Source: Nemertoderma westbladi
Taxonomy: Eukaryota; Animalia; Xenacoelomorpha
Direction: 5' to 3'
NCBI GenBank assembly: GCA_032718475.1
Contig: JAUCBJ010000751.1
Span: 1 to 64,000 of the forward strand
DNA length: 64,000 nucleotides
Below, piece by piece: positions 39,062 to 52,148 of this stretch; position 1 is the first letter of the stretch, and each line of letters starts with the position of its first letter. Made by a program: the position numbers and the translations under genes. The notes beneath the pieces are model-generated. The model made no database searches. It saw only the letters and a list, made by a program, of their open reading frames with translations, and was not told the DNA's origin.

Positions 39062-40238
39062 TGTAAAAGCTTTTGCGGGATTAGCTAGTCATTTTTTCCC
39101 CGCAAAGTACTCTGTAGATGTTTTAACGGACATAAAAGCCGTTTCCTTACTGTACCAGTATTTTATTGGACATAAAAAGCTATTTTTCTGTATGTGTACT
39201 TTGGCGGACATAACTAGCAATCTTATGCCGCAATACGCGATAATACTCTCTACACAGTGTAGTTCAGGTTACGACATCTATCAGCTGATTTGGTGTACTC
39301 GTGGCATTTTTCTTTGTTCAGGCCCACTCTGTGCAATCACTCGACCAATCAGCGTGATTTTCAGTTTATTACACAGAGGCCTCCGGGAAATCGCGCAATG
39401 CATTATGGTTTATGTTTACCTTTTTTCCTAGGCCCAGAAGACCGGCTTTGGAATTTCTGTGTTTTCAGGCTTTAGCCCAACATTAGTAGGCTTAATTATA
39501 GAACGTATATCTGTTATCACGCAACATAACTCAAACCAATGATTACCTTTTAACAATCAAAACACCGCTTTTATACTGCTATTTACTGTCGGTTATTCAT
39601 TATATTAGTTGATGGAATATTATATTTGGAATATCGATAAATAATTACCAACCCTCAATCTTCTTGATATACTGAAGGTAAGAGAGACAGGTTACATATA
39701 ACGATTGCGACTTACATTAGAGTGGTTTTGAAGTGAATCTAATGCTATTTCATAGGCACTACAAGTATCAGTCGTTGTTCTCTTTATATGTGACTAAAAT
39801 TAGTGAAGGTCGGCAGATCGGTGTGCAGTATTGTGCAGTAGTGTGTATGATTGAGACTGATAACAAAGCATCTCCTAAAGAATGCGCCATATACGTGAAT
39901 CTATAGCCATCCCATTGCGTCTAGTTTAAGTCATAGCTCTGCTTACATATTTAGAGCGCCACGTCCTAAAGGAACTGTTAATATTTCCCGAAAGTGAACA
40001 ATATTTGTCAGAGATTATATATTACGATCAGTCGAATAATACAGTAGGCTTACACCGCAATAAGATTAAGCTTCCGAATCCAGTCTCCCGGGTATATCCA
40101 GCGGGTGAATGGTTGCGCATAGACTGGCTTCGGCTAATGTAGTGTATCCAATACTCGTCATAGGCTAAAGTCGATTTATTATCTAGAAGACATCCTAATT
40201 TGGCAGGTTAAACTGCTAAAGGTCTGAAAGCGCGAACA
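39062..40238 (+). repeat. 5' LTR of BEL family B
   Basis: Direct repeat of 50022-51198; about 13 substitutions counted by eye (~1%). Confidence 0.97.
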
Positions 40239-40248
40239 ATAACAGATA
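40239..40248 (+). promoter_or_regulatory. Non-tRNA primer-binding site of BEL family B (candidate self-priming PBS)
   Basis: ATAACAGATA abuts the LTR, has no TGG, and is the exact complement of TATCTGTTAT in the LTR at 39508-39517. Confidence 0.65.
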
Positions 40249-40835
40249 ATTTGTAGGCTGGACTGTTGTCTGACCGTTGTTAGGTCTGAACGGATTGCAG
40301 TGCATCTAGAGTGTATTTCCGATAAAGTGCCGGTTAGGAAAGTAGGGGCAGCCAGAGCTGTAAGGTAAATCCCCCAGAAAGAATAAGTCATACTACTAGG
40401 TTAGAACGCATACTAACTAACCATTTCGGAGTCTGCATGTCCTGTAGTTTATTTAGCCTTGATAGTGGTCTGCCAGCGTTTGGTCTGTACTTTGTTTGTG
40501 TAGTCTGTACAGGTACCGTAATATTTCTTATTCAGATAATTTATAGGCTAGATTGTTGTCTGGCTGTTGTTAAGTCTGAAGAGATTGTAGTGTGTGTAGA
40601 GTGTCTGTCCGATAAAGTACTAGTTAGGAACGTAGGGGCAGCTAGAGCTGTAAGGTAAACCCCCCCCCCCCCCCCCGAAAGAATAAGTCGTACTACTCGG
40701 TTAGAATGCATACTAACTAACCATTTCGGAATCTGCACATACTGTAATTTATTTGGGCTTGATAGTAGTCTGCCAGCGTTTGGTTTGTATTTTGTTTGAG
40801 TAGTTGTACGGGTAGCGTAATATTTATTATTCAGA
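40243..40835. repeat. ~290-bp tandem dimer in the 5' leader of family B
   Basis: CAGATAATTT...CCGATAAAGT...AGAGCTGTAAGGTAAA...GAATAAGTC occurs at about 40243-40533 and 40534-40835. Confidence 0.88.
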
Positions 40836-42155
40836 GTTTATGCGATTATTCGCAACATTCATATCCCCAAGTTTATTCCTACAGTAATTGTGCTTGTTAT
40901 ATATACCGTTATAGTTAAATTAACCCCGGTACTACATCAGGGCTGCTTGGTGTAGGTAAAGACTGGTGATTTTGTGCACCGGTCACTCCGGCAGATACCG
41001 TGGTTCTTTTAGCTGTTCAAGTATTTTAACTGCTGATTATTTGTTATACGAGTACTTGTACCTAATCTAGGGTTTAGCGTACAGTGCTTTCCGAAGGTAA
41101 TTTAGTGTAGGCAGTATATTTGTGTTGTAAAGTGGTTAATAGGCACATTGGTTCTGGTAGACCGCGGTAATTAACTTCTAGGTAGGAACACTCCATGAAA
41201 CATAATGTAGTACTTATAGCGATACGGCTATAAGTCGTCAGACGGTGGTATTTTCCTATCTGGACAACGCAATATATTTACTACTGTTTATTATTTTCAA
41301 ATACCGTAGTATCCTGTCCGTTGTAATAACCAGATATTCTAACCCTTTGTTAGGCTGGTTTGTAGATTCCCTGTAAAATTACCCTAAAAATTCGTACGTG
41401 TAATTTTTTGTGTTTATTTAGAGATTGTAATCTCACCCCGAATTGTACGTAATTTGTAGTAATAAGTAACTTAGGTAAATTAGAATTATTTGTTTTAGTG
41501 TCCAACAAGTAGCACTTCAATGAGAGCGCACAGCTTCTGTGTAGTGACTTCTTCCCAGAAATAATAACATTTATTTCAAAGATTGACAAAACCCATAAAA
41601 CGGGTATATATATTATAAATCAACTCCAACGATTTATAAATAGTAGGCCTGCCATACAACAATTAGGTCTCAATATCAGTTGGACTACTGCTCAAATAAC
41701 GGTAATAAAGTAAGTTAAAGTAACCAAGTAACCCCTAAAATTCAGAAATTCAATTATTCTAAAATAATTGATATACCGGTATTTACAATAGGCTTATTAT
41801 ATTTATTTCTATAAATTTAGGCTGAAATTATACCGGTATTCTGTAATTAATTCTAGCCCATAATTATACTTATATATACTATAGGTGTAAGCGGTATACC
41901 GGTATTCTCAATAGGCCTATTATATATTTATATATATTTGGGCTAAAATTATATACCGGTATTCTGTGACAAATCTAGTCTGTAATAATACTTATATATA
42001 TACTATAAGCATACCGGTATTCTAATATATTATATATATCACGCTACACTGAGTAGCAGTATCGGTAATTAATTACTAGGCTAACAGTTGATACTGAATT
42101 ACTAGACTTGCTTTAACTGTAATATAGCAGTAGGCATTCAAATGTACAAACAAAC

Positions 42156-45100
42156 ATGTCTGCTACTAAGCAAAACCTGTCAGACAGTCTCTTAGATACA
42201 ACCATCTGTGACCCAGATAGGAGTGTGGAACGTGTGAGACCGAAGTTCAACTCACCTCCTACTGTAAGAAAGGTCATCCCTCCAGTAGTAATATCAGACC
42301 CCAGGCTAGTCCAACACCGTAGGTCTATTATAGGCACTAGAGCTCAGGTCAAGCGAGACCAAGAAGCAGCGGAACAGCAGCAACATCCGAGCCGAGAACT
42401 TATTGCTCAGCGGTTCGACCGCTCCAGTAGTGCAGATACTGTAGAGCTGACACCCGAGTGCGGAGCAAAGATGGTGGATGCGGTTTATTCGGATCCCCTT
42501 CTCATCCTTCCTGCAGCCGAACTCACTAGAGTATTGATTGCGGTGGAGGAACACCAGATTGATTGGGCAAGAAGTAAGCGATCGACCAAGGATAGTTATG
42601 CGGGATATACAAAGGAAGAACTGAAGTCTATTGTCGAGTCGCAATGGAACTTCCCCGCACCCGGACTCCCGTTTGACTTATCGGAAGCTGCCTGGGAAGA
42701 CATACATAGGATGGGAGTAACAAAGGAAACCATCGATCCAGCTGTATGGAAGAGGTCAGCAGCCGGATACGTACAGGGATTCTTCAGCTCTATGGAGCGA
42801 TTAGAGGAACAACTGTTTAGACAACCACAAGGACCTCAAGAGCAGGGAGAGCTGCTTTATCAAGTTAGAGAAAGAATTCTAAGAATCAGACTAATCTTAT
42901 CTGCCATTGAGGAGGCTTCGAAAAGAAGACAAGACACGTCGTTGCAAGTTGCCATAAAGACTTGGTTACAGCGGGTGAGTCTCCAAGTTCAAAGAACTGT
43001 CCCGTGGAAATCTCAGTTAGATGAGCGCTCAACCCTTGGAGAATCAACAGACGCTACCTTTTCCCAAGTGGAAAGTGAAGCGACAGCAGAGAAACCGCAT
43101 AAGAGGGATGCTATTGACATCTATCTGTCAGACTATCAACGCTTTGTAGGAGATTAAGAGTTGAGGAGAAGGCTGGAGGGGCTTAGCCCTAATAGTGAAG
43201 GAGCCAAACTTGTGTTGGATGCAATCGATGTGGATATGAGAGCTGCGAACCAAGCTAAATTTGATGAACGCCTCCGCATCACTAGAGTCCAAGAAGAACA
43301 AGTAAAGAAAAAACGTATAGAAGATAGAAAGACAGCAGCAGCGGCAGTGGCAGTGGCAGAAGCGGAAAGAAAAGCGGCAGAAGTGGATATAAAAGCGGCA
43401 GAGGCAGTGGCAGAGGCAAAAGCGGCAGCGACAGAGGCAAAAGCGGCAGCTGCAGCAGTAGAAGCGGAAAGAAAAGCGGCAGCGGCAGAGGCAAAAGCGG
43501 CAGCTGCAGCAGTTGCAGCGGAAAGAAAAGCGGCAGCGGCAGAAGCGGAAAGAAAGGCGGCCGAAGCGGAAAGAAAAATAGCAGTGGCAGAAGCAGAACG
43601 AAGAGCAGCTGAAGAGACCACCCAACTAGAGTTAGAAAATATTCAAGAGAATCAAGACTGCATAAATAAACAGTTAACAGCTAGTAATATGCAGATGATG
43701 AATCAATCTACTCCCAAAAGGCAGGGATATACATCATCTGAAGAAGGCGATACCACCGATCCTGAAGGCGGAGGAAATAGATCTCGTCTAGGTAGGCGTA
43801 GAAGGACATCTCACCGTCACAAATTGCCTGATTTGCCCCCAGCTGTTAAAAGGCAACTAACTAACACAGACTTAGGTAGTACAGAACCCACAGACCAAAT
43901 AATTAAAATAGAAAGACTCCCTACTATAGTAGATGAGCCTGAAATAATTAGGCCTGTTCTTGAAATCACCCCTTTGGTGATAGAGACACCTGTGCTCCCA
44001 GAACCTATCTCTAAATTCCCTCTTCACAGCACTAAGCTACCTGTGCCCCACAGAACCACCCCTGAAAATGTTCATGTCCTGGACTCCGAGCGAAATATTA
44101 ACGATTTGTCGCCGTTGTCCCTCGTCCGCCCGCTACAACGTTGGCGCCTCCCGCTTCGGCGGTCGAGTGGGTAGATGAGGGACGACGGGAGATGGGTCTC
44201 CTGCTCGGGCAGCTGAGGGAACACCGTTCCCGCTCCTCTCAGCAAGTCCAGGAGATGGAGGGGACTGTGCAGCAGTTAAAGGGAACAATTAGAGAGAGTA
44301 GGTTAGAGTTGCAAGAAGTGCAGCAAAGTATCGCGTTAGAACGCGATAAATTAGTAAATACACAAAAGGGTATACCACCACCCCCTGTAACAATGTGTCA
44401 ACCTGTTAGGTCTGAAGTATTTCATGCGCAAGGTGTGGAGCCTACACGCATCTATACTGCTAGTGAAGTGGAAACTCCTATACTAAACCCTATTAAGGGT
44501 AATCATAAACCTGTTGACAATGATATTCCATATAGACTGGATAATAACCCGAGAAATTTATATACCGATAACTCGATATTAAATAACACGATGGCCCAAG
44601 AAAGTTTTACGCGTCAAATGGCTAGAACCGAAGCCCGTCAAGCGGTAAAGGTGGGAGAGATAGTCAAGTTCAATGGAGATGAGATGAAATGGTTACCTTT
44701 TAATGAATATTACAAAGATAACATACAGAACTCTGTACTATCTAACGGAGAGAAACTTAGATTCCTCATCGAGTGCTTGGAAGGATCTCCCAAGTTAATG
44801 GCGTTAAAGTTTATTGGACATCCAGATGGATTAAGACAAGTTTGGGATACACTGAACATCAGGTATGGTAATAGAACTAACATAGCTAGGTATTTATATG
44901 CAAAATTAATGGCGCCCCGAAAGTTTCTTAGCAGCGGGATTATAGAGATTTCAGACGAGATTCAGGAGATCTGTAGACAACTAGATTGGTTAGGTAAGTC
45001 TCATGAATACCAGAATTCTATGGTTGTAGGAGCCTTAGCATCTAATTTGCCCAAGGGCGGAGGAGGTACATGCTGGGACAAGACAGTGTTATATATGATG

Positions 45101-46930
45101 GAACAACAACGAAGAGATCCTACCATGGCTGATCTCATGTCATTCTTAGATGGAGAGGTAAAATTACAGCTCCTAAAGCAGTCCAGAGAGAAGACACCGG
45201 AAAATAAGGTAAGTGAGAAACCCGTTTCTAGGAGAAAGGTAATACCAGTGTGTTATACAGACGACGGCGAAAGCCAGGCTTCTCAAGAGGAAGACAGCGG
45301 GAAAGACACTGAAAGATCTTACTATGACAACACAGCGCCTAAGGACGTAAGTAAATTCAAGTCTCGGACCAATGACAGGAGAGAACAGGTAAGAAAAACT
45401 CCTCCTACGTCTCCTAAGAGAATTCAGGTAAGAAAGCCTGAAGAAAGAACGAGTGTGCACAATGTTATTCAAAATAAGGTAAGTAACATCAAACCGAAAT
45501 GTGTGCTATGTGACGGGACCCACCGTTTGAATATGTGTGATGAATTCCTAAAGAAATCATTAACGGAGAGACGGGAAGTCATGTGGGATAAGCGGTTGTG
45601 TTATAATTGCCTCAGACAAGGACACCAAAGGCGAACCTGTTACTCCGACACAAGGTGTGCAAAGTGCGGTGCGAAACATCATATCTTATTGCACACTGAA
45701 TTCGAGCGAAACAGCCAGAGTCAGGTAAGTGATTCTGAACTACATGTCCAATTCAGTGATGTGAACGACACTGACCAAAGTTCTGAGATGGAAGGATTCT
45801 ATACGGATGAATTCTCCGACGAAAATGAATCCTGTTACATGATAAATACCGCAGTGTATCGAGCACTCACGTATGAAAAAGACACCGACAGCGACTTCAC
45901 CCTAACTAATCCTGATCGACAACCATCTTGGAAAGCGCCAACTTCCAATGTAGGAATCCGAGAATTTCCTGTAGTACAATTAAGGGTCCACGGACCTAAA
46001 AGGAGTTATATAGTGAACGCCCTCCTTGACTCCGGTAGCACAGGAACATTCATCGACAAAGAACTAGCCGAAGATATCTTTGCTGGACAACCCAAGTTCC
46101 GAACTAAGCTTAACATGTCAGGAATTATGCAGGTTTGGAAATCTACCGTAATAGCTGATTATTATGTAGGCGCATTGTCCACCCCCCAGGATGAACTAGG
46201 AGAACACAGCCTAAGGTCAGTAAAAATGGTAGCGATAAAGAACTTCGCTACCAGCCAAGTGGAACCTTATAACTGGGATGAGGACGATTTCACCCAGCAG
46301 TTTGAAATACCTAGATTCAACACCAATTACCCTGGAGTTCAAATACTCATCGGTCAAAACACGCATGAAGCGCTCGAGACATTGGAGAAACAGCCTGCTC
46401 AACCGCAACCATTACAAGCTTATGCGGGAAGAACTAGAGTGGGTTGGTACTTTACTGGCCCTTCCCGTAGAACTCTTATGGAAAGATTACCAAAAGAACA
46501 GGTATATCAATTAAGTGAACGGGAAGTGGAGAGCAGTGAAGTTGACGACCCAACTGAGAGAACACCATACTCCTCAGATAATGACGATATCAACTCCAAT
46601 GTAGATCAATGGAGACATTGCCCCGAGACGATCAATCTAGCCGACATCGCTTCCAGAGGAGCAACTCCTCAAGAACTGATAGATACTCCAGCGTGGTTAG
46701 GTGGACCCGACTTCCTAAGTAAAGAAGATGAATGGCCTTCTCATCTTACCCCGGCTAAGATTAGACAGGCCAAGGGAGCGGAGAAAGTAACACAACAACT
46801 CAATCGCCCAGCTGGTCGTTTATATTTACTGGAAAGAGACCGAAAACTGTCTGGAAACTATGGAAGGCAACACACTCTTCCCACGACTACCTCCCTAATC
46901 CAACAAATATCTAGGGACTCCATAACGTAA
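42156..46930 (+). pseudogene. BEL gag-protease with an RNase H tail remnant (one in-frame stop at 43155-43157, one frameshift near 44140-44170)
   Basis: Gag IVKFNGDEMKW...EKLRFLIECL; knuckles CVLCDGTH...C, CYNCLRQGH...C, CAKCGAKHHILLH; protease ALLDSGSTGTF; then QWRHCPETINLADIASRG...WLGGPDFL. Confidence 0.92.
43325..43615 (+). repeat. Ala/Glu/Lys-rich coding repeats (AEAERKAA), predicted coiled coil
   Basis: Low-complexity GCAGAAGCGGAAAGAAAAGCG units. Confidence 0.85.
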
Positions 46931-48578
46931 CAACATACGGAGTGGGTGTGTGACTATATTATTTTATATTTATTTTTATTATTTCATATTATGTATGTAT
47001 TATTATGTAAATTTATTATAATCGTTTTATTTAATTTTATTTAGTAGAAATGTTATTTTAGCGATTATTTAGTAGATTAGTGCTATATATATTAGTGTTT
47101 ATTACTTAATTACTTATATATTATATATTTAGTGCGACGGCGAGAAATAATTATTCTCTCTTTCCTTACTGTCCGTATTACATTACAAATACGTAACTAC
47201 GGTAAGATGAAATCTCCGTACTTATTAAAGTACAATAAAGCTCCTACTATATTTAAGTATTATTGGTAGGCAGAGTATTAGGATTGCAAAGTTCAGATCC
47301 TCGTGTCTCGGCTAAGCCAAGCTCTGGGAAGACCTTGGAAATGACTTGCCTCTTCACACTGACATTGCTTCGTGCGATATTGCTCTCATGCCGTATATTA
47401 AATAATACATATAGTAGCGTGATGTCCCTTTAACAGTAGCGTATAACGCAAAATAAATCTGTTAAACCCTTTGACCATCTGCAATTCTAGTCGATTAAGA
47501 TATCGCGGCACCCACCAATATACTTGAAAGACAAATTTCTAGAATCAGTGGTTAACATCCCCAGACAAGTTCTGGAATAAACTGGTGCCCATCCTAAATA
47601 TTAATTATTAATATTTACAAAATTTGTCAAATTTAGATCCTTTAAAATTCTAGTCGATTAAGATATCGTAGCACTTACTGATACTCTTAAAAAGAACAAA
47701 TTTCCTAGAATCAAGGATCCCAGTCCCCAGATATGTTCTGGAATAAAATTGTGTCTATTTAACATTAAATAATAAAATTTACGGGAATAAATTTAAATTC
47801 ATATTTTAATGAATTCAATAAATTGTTATTTTTATACAATTTATAACATTCCCAAAATTCCTTTAATTAATAGATCATGGGAGCGGAGATTCACTCTATT
47901 AAGTGTATTAGTGTACGAGAATCTCCAATATATAGTCAATAGCCGATAAAATTCATAAAATCATGTATAAAGAAGATATTGACAATTAAAGAATTACTAT
48001 TAAATAGCATCCCAGATCTGTATGCATGAGAATTACCCTAATTCTACCGCTAGCTTTCCACAATGTCACCATAACAACAACCACGCTAGAATTAGAAGTG
48101 AGTAAAAGAACAATAGAAAGCTTCCCCCATTGAATAGCATACGGAATAAATAGCACACTGCTAGTATCTAAGGATACATAATAATAACGTGACATTCTGG
48201 AAGGCACTTGTCTAACGGACAAATGACCCGAATGTGTGATAGAATGCGTACAATTTGTGACAATTACGTGGAATTTGTGCATTTGTAGGTGAATGTTACT
48301 ACTAAGGTGTGTTTACAGTAGCGAGTCGCAATTGTGAAAGTAGCCCTAACTCTCCAGTAAGAACCTGAAGTAAATCTAAGCCTTTGGGACGGACGGTGGA
48401 GTGACTCGCGCTGGTTGTTGTGGTCGTTGTGCAGCTACGACGTTGGCGATAGGCACATCGGCGAAAGTACACCAGCGCTGAGGATCTTGCGCTGTCCGGG
48501 GGCCGAGAGGGGTAGGCAGCGACGCCCGCTAGCCTAAATATCAACTCATTATAATATTGATAAACTCATATAGCAGCT

Positions 48579-49943
48579 ATGACTCAGTTGATAGAAGATG
48601 ATCTTGGTATCAGGGAGAAATATACTCTACCGTTGCAGGCGTTTGTTGATAGCTTGATACGCAGTGACGCTAGTCCAACTACTACGGAGGACGATGGTCG
48701 TTATATCGAACCGCCAATGTCCCAGGAGCAACTTACGCGTGAATTGGACTATCGAAAATTCACTGCTCGCTATACGCATTGTAATGGTACGTATATGGAC
48801 TTCTTAACTACTGGCCATCCTATCGATTTATACGATACGGACGATATCGACACCGAAAGGGAAATGGTCCTATTTAAATATCGTACCCAGCGGAGTCGGA
48901 ACGATAAATTGAGAATCGAATGCGAAAATTATATTCGAAATCGACTCGAAAGAGAAGACGTTAAAGAACCGGATAAACGCGGTAACTCCAACGTATATTT
49001 GGAATTATTGAGAGAAACATTGTAAAACCGAATAAATATCACCCGCGTTTCTCCTACAAGACGTGCGTCTTTGGTATTATTGCAATGAATGCCCAAGACC
49101 CAACCAACAAACGGAAAGACATAACCATCCACGGAGACGTTGCTTTAAACACGGTTTTACTCACTATATTTATGGGAGTTTTGAGCGAAACTTGTTCGAT
49201 GTATCACCTACGCTCGCTCGACTCAAACGATCCTTAAATAAACCTATGATCAGAGTACCGGAATACTCGGTCAGACCTCCTCATTCCCTATTTAGACCTC
49301 ATGATTCTTGATCCTAATAGTATCACGGATCCTCTCGAACTGTACTCACTGTTCAAAGATCTAGTGTTACGTTACCCGAACAGTTAGTCGGTGGCACTCC
49401 GGTTGTGGGCTCCCTTAAATATTCACCCATCTTACTTAGTCGGATTGGGACGCGGACATCTAATATCGCCATTCAACCGTATCATCGTCCCTGTTTAACC
49501 CGATACAACCTGTCACCGAGGCGGAGGAAAGAGTTATACGAAACGCGTTGGACACTATTCGTCAAAAGATCTGAAAATGAACCTACAATGGTTTAGAGAA
49601 ACGTAAATTGCAGTAGCAAGTACAAGCGATAAACGAATTAACTTTATCTCAGTTCGATCAGGAAATTCAGAATCTCTAAGAGGATATCGAACTTGGACGA
49701 CCCTATTCTCTGCAAGAGTTTTGGACGAACGCATCCAACGATAAGCGGAGGAAAATCAGCTCGAGGAGAAGCATATCGAAATGGGTGAGACATCGACCGT
49801 AACCCTAAACCTTCTGATGCAATTGTATTGCACCTTCACCCAGGAGTTGCAGCCCTCATAGTAAAGTGGCTCGCCCCAAAGAGAAAAGGACTCTGGCTAG
49901 CCTCAAAAAACTGCGTAAACGCCGTCCGCGCAAGAAAAACTAA
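48579..49943 (+). pseudogene. Degenerate accessory ORF of unknown function in the 3' region of family B
   Basis: Coding-like composition. Fragments 48579-49025 and 49063-49311 (CNEC...CFKH). Ends in RTLASLKKLRKRRPRKKN*, homologous to the end of the 36007-36702 ORF. Confidence 0.6.
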
Positions 49944-50021
49944 CTGTTTAGAGTATTTTTATATTTTAGAAACTGTGATTTTTTATATTTTATAGAATTA
50001 AATCCCATTTTCTTGGAGCGG

Positions 50022-51198
50022 TGTAAAAGCTTTTGCGGGATTAGCTAGTCATTTTTTCCCCGCAAAGTACTCTGTAGATGTTTTAACGGACATAAAAGCC
50101 GTTTCCATACTGTACCGGTATTTTAGTGGACATAAAAAGCTATTTTTCTGTATGTGTACTTTGGCGGACATAACTAGCAATCTTATGCCGCAATACGTGA
50201 TAATACTCTCTACACAGTGTAGTTCAGATTACGACATCTATCAGCTGATTTGGTGTACTCGTGCCATTTTTCTTTGTTCAGGCCCACTCTGTGCAATCAC
50301 TCGACCAATCAGCGTGATTTTCAGTTTATTACACAGAGGCCTCCGGGAAATCGCGCAATGCATTATGGTTTATGTTTACCTTTTTTCCTAGGCCCAGAAG
50401 ACCGGCTTTGGAATCTCTGTGTTTTCAGGCTTTAGCCCAACATTAGTAGGCTTAATTATAGAACGTATATCTGTTATCACGCAACATAACTCAAACCAAT
50501 GTTTACCTTTTAACAATCAAAACACTGCTTTTATACTGCTATTTACTGTCGGTTATTCATTATATTAGTTGATGGAATATTATATTTGGAATATCGATAA
50601 ATAATTACCAACCCTCAATCTTCTTGATATACTGAAGGTAAGAGAGACAGGTTACATATAACGATTGCGACTTACATTAGAGTGGTTTTGAAGTGAATCT
50701 AATGCTATTTTATAGGCACTACAAGTATCAGTCGTTGTTCTCTTTATATGTGACTAAAATTAGTGAAGGTCGGCAGATCGGTGTGCATTATTGTGCAGTA
50801 GTGTGTATGATTGAGACTGATAACAAAGCATCTCCTAAAGAATGCGCCATATACGTGAATCTATAGCCATCCCATTGCGTCTAGTTTAAGTCATAGCTCT
50901 GCTTACATATTTAGAGCGCCACGTCCTAAAGGAACTGTTAATATTTCCCGAAAGTGAATAATATTTGTCAGAGATTATATATTACGATCAGTCGAATAAT
51001 ACAGTAGGCTTACACCGCAATAAGATTAAGCTTCCGAATCCAGTCTCCCGGGTATATCCAGCGGGTGAATGGTCGCGCATAGACTGGCTTCGGCTAATGT
51101 AGTGTATCCAATACTCGTCATAGGCTAAAGTCGATTTATTATCTAGAAGACATCCTAATTTGGCAGGTTAAACTGCTAAAGGTCTGAAAGCGCGAACA
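50022..51198 (+). repeat. 3' LTR of BEL family B
   Basis: Preceded by PPT-like TTGGAGCGG and followed by TSD TGGTT. Confidence 0.97.
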
Positions 51199-51203
51199 TG
51201 GTT

Positions 51204-52097
51204 GACTATGTTCTACGCATGTCCTTAGATCATCATAATGATGATGGGGTGATGATAACTCCACCTACTGGCTCCAGAAGTCGAGGAAATCCTGCCAAGT
51301 ACCTAACTGATCTAGACTTTGCTGATGACTTAGGAGTACTCTCAGAATCATTAGAGGGAGCCCAACGGCTCCTCAGCTCATTAGAACATGCTGCTTCTAG
51401 TGTTGGTCTTTTTATTAACTCCAGAAAGACCAAAATTCTGACAGTTAACTTTGAAAGTCCTCAGCAAGTCTCTGATCGGATGAGCATAAGCTCAAAGGAT
51501 GGTATGCTTGAGCATGTGGACGACTTCTGTTACCTGGGATCATGGATCCGGAAGTCAGATGAGGACCTTCGAATACGTAACGGAATGGCATGGGCAGCCT
51601 TGAATAGGCTTTCCAGGATTTGGAAGTCACCGAGAATTAATCGGAAACTTAAGGTCCGATTATTTAGAGCAGCAGTAGTTCCAGTACTCCTCTACGGGAG
51701 TCCATGCTGGGCTCTAACTGCTGAGGACACCAAATCTCTGGATGGCACATTCACAAGAATGCTATGCCGGGTTCATTGTGTCAAGTACAATGCACACATC
51801 TCCAACCAGACACTATATAACATTGGAGGTGTATCATTGGTTCCCCCAAGCTTGACACTAGAACAAAATCGCCTCCGCTTTGCAGGACATTGCTTTCGCC
51901 GTGACGACCAGCCAGTGCATAATCTTGTACTTTGGCAGCCTCATGGAGTGAATAAGCATGGTGGACAGCCCATGACTTTCTTGAGACGCATCTTAAAGGA
52001 CACTGGCCTTAAAGATGCGGATGATCTAGCAAATGTCATGGGTGATAGGGAGTTGTGGCAGTGCAATTTTGTTGACAAGCCAGCACAGCATTCTTAA
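51204..52097 (+). pseudogene. LINE reverse transcriptase, C-terminal half (RTE-like)
   Basis: DLDFADDL, INSRKTK, VDDFCYLGS, KVRLFRAAVVPVLLYGS, RLRFAGHCFR. The listed ATG start is an artefact of the LTR junction. Confidence 0.95.
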
Positions 52098-52148
52098 AAA
52101 TGCAGCTGCAATGCTGCATGCCGATCCTAGTAGTAGTAGTAGTAGTAG

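Larger units (their letters stand above)
39062..51198 (+). mobile_element. Non-autonomous BEL/Pao LTR element (family B), 12.1 kb
   Basis: 1177-bp LTRs (39062-40238, 50022-51198), TGT...ACA, TSD TGGTT (39057-39061, 51199-51203). BEL gag/PR present; RT and IN absent. Confidence 0.96.
38338..52148 (+). mobile_element. 5'-truncated RTE-like non-LTR retrotransposon (parts 38338-39061 and 51204-52148), split by an LTR element
   Basis: RT frame is continuous across the insertion (FIIVV|DYVLR); (TAG)n 3' tail at 52128-52148; possible TSD CCCGA (38333-38337, 52149-52153). Confidence 0.92.

Noticed and set aside
43128-43625. Cys-rich, Ala-rich and Leu/Pro-rich minus-strand ORFs
   Set aside because: Antisense readings of the AEAERK low-complexity tract.
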